A stretch of DNA of 64,000 bases, taken from the human T2T-CHM13v2.0 reference genome, Homo sapiens. The position numbers and the translations under genes were made by a program. Under the pieces are notes generated by a model. The model made no database searches. It worked only from the letters and a program-made list of their open reading frames with translations, and was not told the DNA's origin. Position 1 is the first letter of the stretch. Each line of letters opens with the position of its first letter. Positions 57,234-64,000 of this stretch are shown here, one piece after another. The DNA lies in the NCBI RefSeq assembly GCF_009914755.1, contig NC_060942.1. One strand, 5' to 3'.

Positions 57234-60200
57234 AGGGGAATCAGTAAATATTGTGGAATTTAATGGAGTATGAGTCATTTGGAGCAGAAAGGAAGTACAA
57301 AACATGTCCCTATACAATATATGCATACATATCTGTATACATAGCTACACCTACATATGTATCTTGCTTGCATCACTAGTGAGGGATCCACATCTGTATA
57401 TATTTTTTGTAGTGGAAAGGCTTTTTGTTCTTATCAGTGTTGTCTTGTGACTAGAACATCTCCTTATGGTAATTATATGGGTAGATCATAATTGTACTAA
57501 CTCCCTGCTTACTTGATTATCTTGCAATTCCAACTACCTGGAATAAAACCCAGAAATAGCCTTGCAAGAAGTTGATGGCGGTGTAGGAGTGTAAAGGAAT
57601 TACAGCCTCCCTAAATAAAGTAAAATCTAGAACTTCTAGAATTGAGCACTGAAGGGAGAACCTTTTGCGGGAGAAGGTAGAGAGAGATGATGGTCTCCAA
57701 CATTGTCTTCTTTAAGTGTCATTTTTCCTTTAGAGGATTATTGCTTTTATTCATACAGTAGTTTCCAGATATAATAATCCTGGTTTAACAGTTTGCTTCT
57801 CGAGTATAGCTGAGAAAACTGGACGTTTTCAAAGTATTAAGTACTTAGGGACAGTAAAAGGCAAATAAACATAGAATTCAGTGGTGGTAACAATAATAAT
57901 GTTTTTGAGCTCTTTATATAAACACTGTGCCAGGTGCCTCTGTACATAATCTCATTTAATTCCCCCAAATCTTTTGAGGTATATACTACATTTTATTGAT
58001 TTATGGGACACTCAAATTTAGGATAAATAGCTTGTGCAAGGCGACACAGCTATTAAATGGTAGAGCCAGGATTTGAACCAAGATGGTCTGACTTCCGAAC
58101 CCCTATTTTTAGTCACTAAGTTACATTACCTTCTACAGTATTTTAGCATTGATTCATTCAACATTTTTTTTAGCTCCTCTTATGTCCAGTGTAGTCTGTG
58201 AGTTAGTAGAGATCCAGAAGGGTAGGATAAACACATTGCCCTGGTCCTGCTGGGAAACACATCCTGCACTGTGTGTGTGTGAGGGGAGTTGGGGGCAGGG
58301 AAAATGCCTCAGGGGGACTCCTACACTGACCCCTGAGCATGCCCAGGTGTGTGGGGACAGGGCATTCAGGAGAGAGCTGAGGCTCCCAGGCAGCCCGGCA
58401 GATCATGGGGCAGTGTAGCATTTGGAAGCAGGGGCCAAACTGCGAAGGGTCTTGAAGGCTGAGGTAATACTTGAAGAGTTTATTGTAAGGGCATTGGGGA
58501 GCCAGTAATAGGTTCATGCATTTGGTCATGTCTTAGCATTTATTTAAAGAAAGTTTTGAGTCCTGTAGCACTCACTGTGCTGCACAGATGCTATGAGAGT
58601 TGATGATAAGGAATCTTGCTTTAATTTGGAAGAAGGTTTAGGGAGACTTCTCAGAGGAAAGGAAGTCCCCCCTGCCCTTCAGTTATTTATTTAGTTGTTT
58701 ACAATTGAAAAACCAATGCATGCACACAATGAAAAATTGCAAATAGTACAGTGATGCCTCAGACTCTAGGGCTGCTCTCCAGAGACAATCACTATTAACA
58801 GTTTCTTGAGTTTGAAAGTGCCCATTCTTTTAATGTGAGCAAAGCAAATGACAACAGTATCTTCTCTCTATGAAGCAGTTCTGACAGTAAAGCCCAACCA
58901 TGTAAGGCAGGCCACGTAATCAGTACCTGAAAGGCACCTTTCATAAATTCTGTACCGAGGAAGTAGCTTAGGCTTAGGTCTCCTAGAAGCTCAGTCTGTT
59001 GGTGAGACACCATTGACGCCTGTGAAACAATAGATTCATTCCACATCTTTCTTTATTCTTAAGCATTTTTGTTTTTTTGGTAGTTGTTGGTTTTTGTTTT
59101 AACATTCAAGCACTGGAGAGAATAAGTTCTCCCTGATTTCAGGCACTTTTCCATAGGTAACCACTGTTAAGTAATTTCAGACTGAACAGGATGTCTTGAT
59201 GAGCTTCCAGTGTTACCTCAACTATGTAATATTTTATATTATGGATATATTAGCTTATTTAAACATTATCTTATTAGTGGACATTAAGGATTTCTGGCTT
59301 GGGTGATTTGATGGGTTGTAAAGCTATTTACTGCCATAAAGAACAAAGGAAAAAGGAGTAAGTTTGTGGGGGAAGTTGATGAGTGCATGTAACATCCAAA
59401 TGGACTTAGGGGTCTGGTACCTACAGAGCTGTTGGCTAGAGACAAAAATTTAGGCATCATCATTAGTGGATGGGAATGAAAACCATGGAAGTTCACTTGG
59501 TCACTAAGGAAGAGGTGGATGAAGAGATAAGAGAGGTCACCTCCTCACAAAGTACAAGGTTTGATTCCATTGTAGCTCCTTTGCTTCTTGGGATTCAGGG
59601 AATTCCATGAAGTTCTTTAGATGGGTCCTTGCCTAGTTTTTCTCCTTGTTAGCTTTTGGTTTGCATCCGTGTGGCAAGTTCCCTTCTCCCTATCCCAGAA
59701 GCTTCCTCATGTGCATTTTGATCCTTTGCTTGTCTGCTATGTCCACCAGGGGTCTTAGGTTTAACTCACACTTCCCAGACCTCCATAGGCCACACTTGAA
59801 CAGTCTGTGAAGAAGGGGAAGAACAAGAGCCACAGCTTGCCAGCCCAAAGTGACAGATCTTCTCTCAGGGGTGGTCCTTGCAATTGTCTACACAGCTGTG
59901 CAGACACTGTCTTTCCAGGTGGCTGCTTCAGTGCAGGGACATGAGAGCCACATCATGGATGTAGACACAGCCTTATCTTTGAAATCTCATGCCCCATAGG
60001 GAGCAAGTGTTTTTGAACATTCCATAGGCTTAGCTTCTAGGATCCTTGGCAGAGGATAATAAATAAACACAGAATTCAATGGAAGTAACAATAATAATGT
60101 TTTTGAGTTCTTTATATAAACACTGTGCCAGATGCCTCTGTACATACATCATGTAATCCCCCCAAATCTTTTGAGGTATATACTACATTTTATTCATTTA

Positions 60201-61802
60201 TGGGACACTCACCATGTGTAAGAGTCCTTGCATCCCAAGGGCACCCGAAGCATGGTGTCCCCATCAGATATTTATAGTTCATGCATAGTTCATCAAAGTC
60301 TGGATGCAGTTTACCAGTTGGGCCATTCTTACAGTAAGCAGTTTCGCTTAGTGGCATAGTTGACATTCTTACCCTTATTAGGTTACCAGAGGGAACAGAG
60401 CCAGATGGTTTAACTAACAGTCTAATTTTCATGTATCAGGGAAAGGGTTTTGTTAACCTTTTCACTCACCGTTTGCCACACCAAGAAAGAAATGGAGTGC
60501 ATTCTCTTGATATTTGGGGTCTGCCTTCCCGGGGCCATTTCTAGGGTAAGAGACATTCCGGCGGTGACTTCAGTCTTGAAGAGCACCTCCTTCACCCCCA
60601 GCTACTTAGTGAGGTCTCCAGTCCATTTCCTAATCTTATAAGGACTGGGAAGCATGGGCCTTGCATCTGCTGTCTGCAGCTCCTAGCTGTGTGACTTCAG
60701 GTAAGTCTCTTCATCTCTCTGAGCCTCAGTAACTTCACTATGAAATGCGTATTATCTTGTAGCTTTTGTGTGAGTGCTAATTGGTGGAATGTGGATAAGT
60801 CTTCATCCAGGAGCTGACAAAGCCAGCCCTCACTCTGTTATAGCTGTTATCCAGCAGTGGTCAGAACAGTACTGCCCATGCCATGAATTAAGCACATAGC
60901 ATAATACGGAGTTTGAAAAAAATAAAAAATTAAAAAATCAAAAAATCATAGGAAGTTTGTTTCCTCATACATAGCAGTTAAGGTTTTCTGTCCAGCACAG
61001 CAGTTGTTACCCTGAATCGTCAAGAAAATATGAAATTATATTCTATATACATGTTAAGAAAGTAGGGAATTATATAACTTTTTATAGGATTTCTATGAAA
61101 ACCACATTTTTTTAAACTTAAAAAATTAACTTTATTATGAACCCAGTAAGATATAATTGTGGGACACACATTGGTATACTAGAAAGGTACGTCATTAACT
61201 AGCCAAACCAGCAAAAACCCAGCCCACGTCTGTGTGTGTTAGTGTTGGACTAGTGTGACAAGCAAGGAGATTCTAGTTCCTGGACCGTCGGTGGAGACTG
61301 CAGTCCTTGGGTTCTTCATCAGAGCTTTTCCTGACTTCCTAAGCCCGATGAAATTACCTGCAGAATAATATGTTTCTGTGAACTTTTGGAGAGGAAAGAG
61401 GCCATGGTTTCACGCCAAAGCGCCCTAACCCTTCAGATTGTCAGGGATCACTAGCGGCGGGCCTGGGCCTGGGCTTGATGTGGACATGAAGAGCTTTTCC
61501 AGAAAATAAATGAGAGCAGTTTAAGGAAACAGGTGAAAAACTTCTGGGAGATCATTTTTGTATTTAATAGCTACATGGTGATCTTAAAAATAAAATTTGG
61601 AAATCTGCTATGTGAAAAAAATGCAGCAATTGATTTGTAATGAGTTTCAGGTTGAAGCTCATCATGTGTGTAATGCTGAATTCTATCTGGAAAGGTGCTT
61701 TTTAGAACTATTATGAAGAAAATCTGGAAAGAACCAGTTTCTTATGACATAATGGAGATACCTACATTTATATATTTTTCAAAAAATATATTTTAAATAT
61801 AT

Positions 61803-61919
61803 TTTGAGTAGATACGGGGTCTTGCCCAGGCTGATCTCGAGCTCCTGGACTCAAGCAATGTCTCCTGCCTCAGCCTCCCAAAGTGCTGGGATTATAGGTG
61901 TGAGCCACTGCACCCAGCC
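61803..61919 (-). mobile_element. Alu left monomer (FLAM-like)
   Basis: ctcaagcaat...cctcccaaagtgctgggattata. Confidence 0.75.
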
Positions 61920-62529
61920 TAGATCTAAACATGTAAAAATTCTTTGATTTTCATACTTGTTTTATTTCTTGTGATGTCATCACACATATTCTTTATGTGA
62001 CGACACAGAGCACAGTCCTGAACTGTGGTGGAGTTTATTATGTCGGCACACCTGAGGAGACATTTGAGTGTCAGTTTTCTTGGAATTTTTGGAATTATTT
62101 CAAAGTAGACTTGATATAGAATTAAATAGGAGAAATGGTTAAATTAGAGTTTAGATGGCGTTAGCTAAAGCAAAGTAAATGCAATTTTATTTAAAATAGA
62201 AGAAATAATTTTAGATATATCCGGTGTAATTCAGAGACTAGTTGATGAGGAAATTTTACTTATTTCACTTTGATGAAAGAGAGAAACATCTGGTGAAATA
62301 CTAGTGGTGGTCTTTTCACTTTCAGGCCTTAGAGGAATGACTGCTACCGTAGGGTTATCACCTTTTAGAGGGAATGAGGATTGTGGCAACCCTATTCCGA
62401 CTCCTCATCGTCTACTAGGAAAGCTGTGCCCTACAGGAGGCAGGTGTTTCGTCAGTCTCAGAGATTAGTTGTAGAACAAGGATTAGAAGCAGGCCTCTTG
62501 ATTCATGGCTGGTCTTTTTGCTCCTCCAT

Positions 62530-62690
62530 TGGTGGTTCTCAATCCTAATGTGTATCGGAGTCACCCAGAGGGTTTGGGCATCAACCAGAAACTGGCTCAG
62601 CAGGCCAGGGCTGGGGCTCAAGAATCTGCATTTCTCACAGGTTCCCGGGGTGACTTTGCAGCTGCCAGTCCTGAGACCACACTTCTGTAG
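62530..62690. mobile_element. MER5A-like hAT element
   Basis: gtggttctcaa...aatctgcatttct...gaccacactt. Confidence 0.65.
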
Positions 62691-63728
62691 CCTCAGCATC
62701 ACCTGATGTGGCGTTGATCTCTCAGGCCGCTTGTAAGAGGAGATTAAGTAAACCTTCCCAGGTTTATACCAGACTAACCTTTTCCCTAGTACTCGGATAA
62801 TCTAGTTCTTTAATTTTATGTTAGAAAAAAGAAATGCACATAGTGATTAGATGGGGAAAAAAAAAAAAGAAATGGAGTATTTCTCACAGAGTCACTGTGG
62901 CATTTTCAGTCGTAAATTTGGAGCTAATTCTGTTTGTCACGACCACTGGCCATTGACGGGGCTGGGTTTGTGCTGTGAGGCCCAGTCTTAGCAACGTTTT
63001 CTGTGAAAGGGTGTCCAGATTGATTGCTAGAGTGTATGGGAGTGAAAAATTAGTTCTGGTTTTGTGACTCTGTACTTTTCTTTGTTATTTTGTGTACTTA
63101 AATAATCCCTTCTTATATATAAAAATCTCATCAGGCCCTAGCACACTTACATGCACATAGTAGATGACAAATAAATGAGTTGAAATGGATTAAAAGAGTA
63201 AGGGGGAAATAACATAGGTCATTTATCTGGAAAGACTTCAGTGCCCTGGAGAGTTACTCTGTTCTCTAGAGTATCCCAATCACAGGCTCTTCCTGAACAA
63301 TTGTAATTTATTTATTCCAGCTTAATCCTTATTTGTAGTTATTGAACATTTTTAGCACAGAAGTTAGAGATAGCATATTTTTATGTTAGAGTCAATAATC
63401 CCTCCCTTTTGTCTTTTTATCTTTCATCTGAAATGACTTTTTAAAACTTTCTACTTTGAAATAATTTTAGAAAAAAGAATTGCAAAAATAGTCTAGAAAG
63501 TTCCTATGTATATACCTTTTGGCCAGCATCTCCTGTTGTTCTCATGTATCCATAATACAATCATTGAAACCAGGCAATTGGTAACAATTAATCTAAAACA
63601 TTTATTTGAATTTAACCAATGGTTCCATTGATATCCTTTTTTTCTGGTCCAGGATCCAACCCAGTATCCCACATTGTATTTTGTTATGTCTCCTTGGTCT
63701 CTCCAGTCTGTGATAGTGTTCTTTTAGA

Positions 63729-64000
63729 TTTCTTTTTTTTTTGGAAACAGAGTCTTGCTCTGTCACTCAGGCTGGAGTGCAGTGGCTCATCTCGGCTCAC
63801 TGCAGTTTCCGCCTCCTGGTTCAAGCGATTCTTCTGCCTCGGCCTCCTGAGTTGCTGGGATTACAGGAGTGCACCACCACATCCGGCTAATTTTTGTGTT
63901 TTTGGTAGATACGTGGTTTCTCCATGTTGGCCAGGCGGGTCTTGAACTCCTAACCTCAAGTGATCCGCCTGCCTTGGCCTCTCAAAGTGCTGGGATTACA
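63729..64000 (-). mobile_element. AluS (runs off the window end), adjacent to an L1M fragment (~63430-63720)
   Basis: Alu consensus. Confidence 0.85.

Overview
Human (primate) genomic DNA, recognisable as chr18q22.3. The + strand carries coding exons 2-12 of CNDP1 (serum carnosinase, M20A metallodipeptidase; exon 1 lies upstream of the window). I reconstructed all 11 exons by hand with GT-AG boundaries and consistent phases: 500 codons plus TAA, with all metal ligands and N-glycosylation sequons intact. This haplotype has the 6-Leu (CTG)6 signal-peptide allele and Val at reference position 113. After the 3' UTR (several AATAAA sites) there is a CpG island (~52.6-54.2 kb) with ETS and GC boxes and a consensus CAG|GTAAGT donor, most likely the shared promoter of ZNF407 (+) and its antisense lncRNA. 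The rest is interspersed repeats and microsatellites. Most long ORFs in the track are repeat-derived or chance ORFs. I found no evidence of a new biological system. The most notable fine structure is: a 42-nt tailless 5S rRNA retrocopy with a target-site duplication (TSD); a full-length THE1A provirus with intact TSDs 38 nt from the exon 6 acceptor; a nested MST>MER75/AluY stack retaining a piggyBac transposase N-terminus; inverted MaLR internal regions bracketing exons 2-5; and a 150-bp dispersed local duplication. Repeat subfamily names come from recalled consensus sequences and need RepeatMasker/Dfam confirmation.
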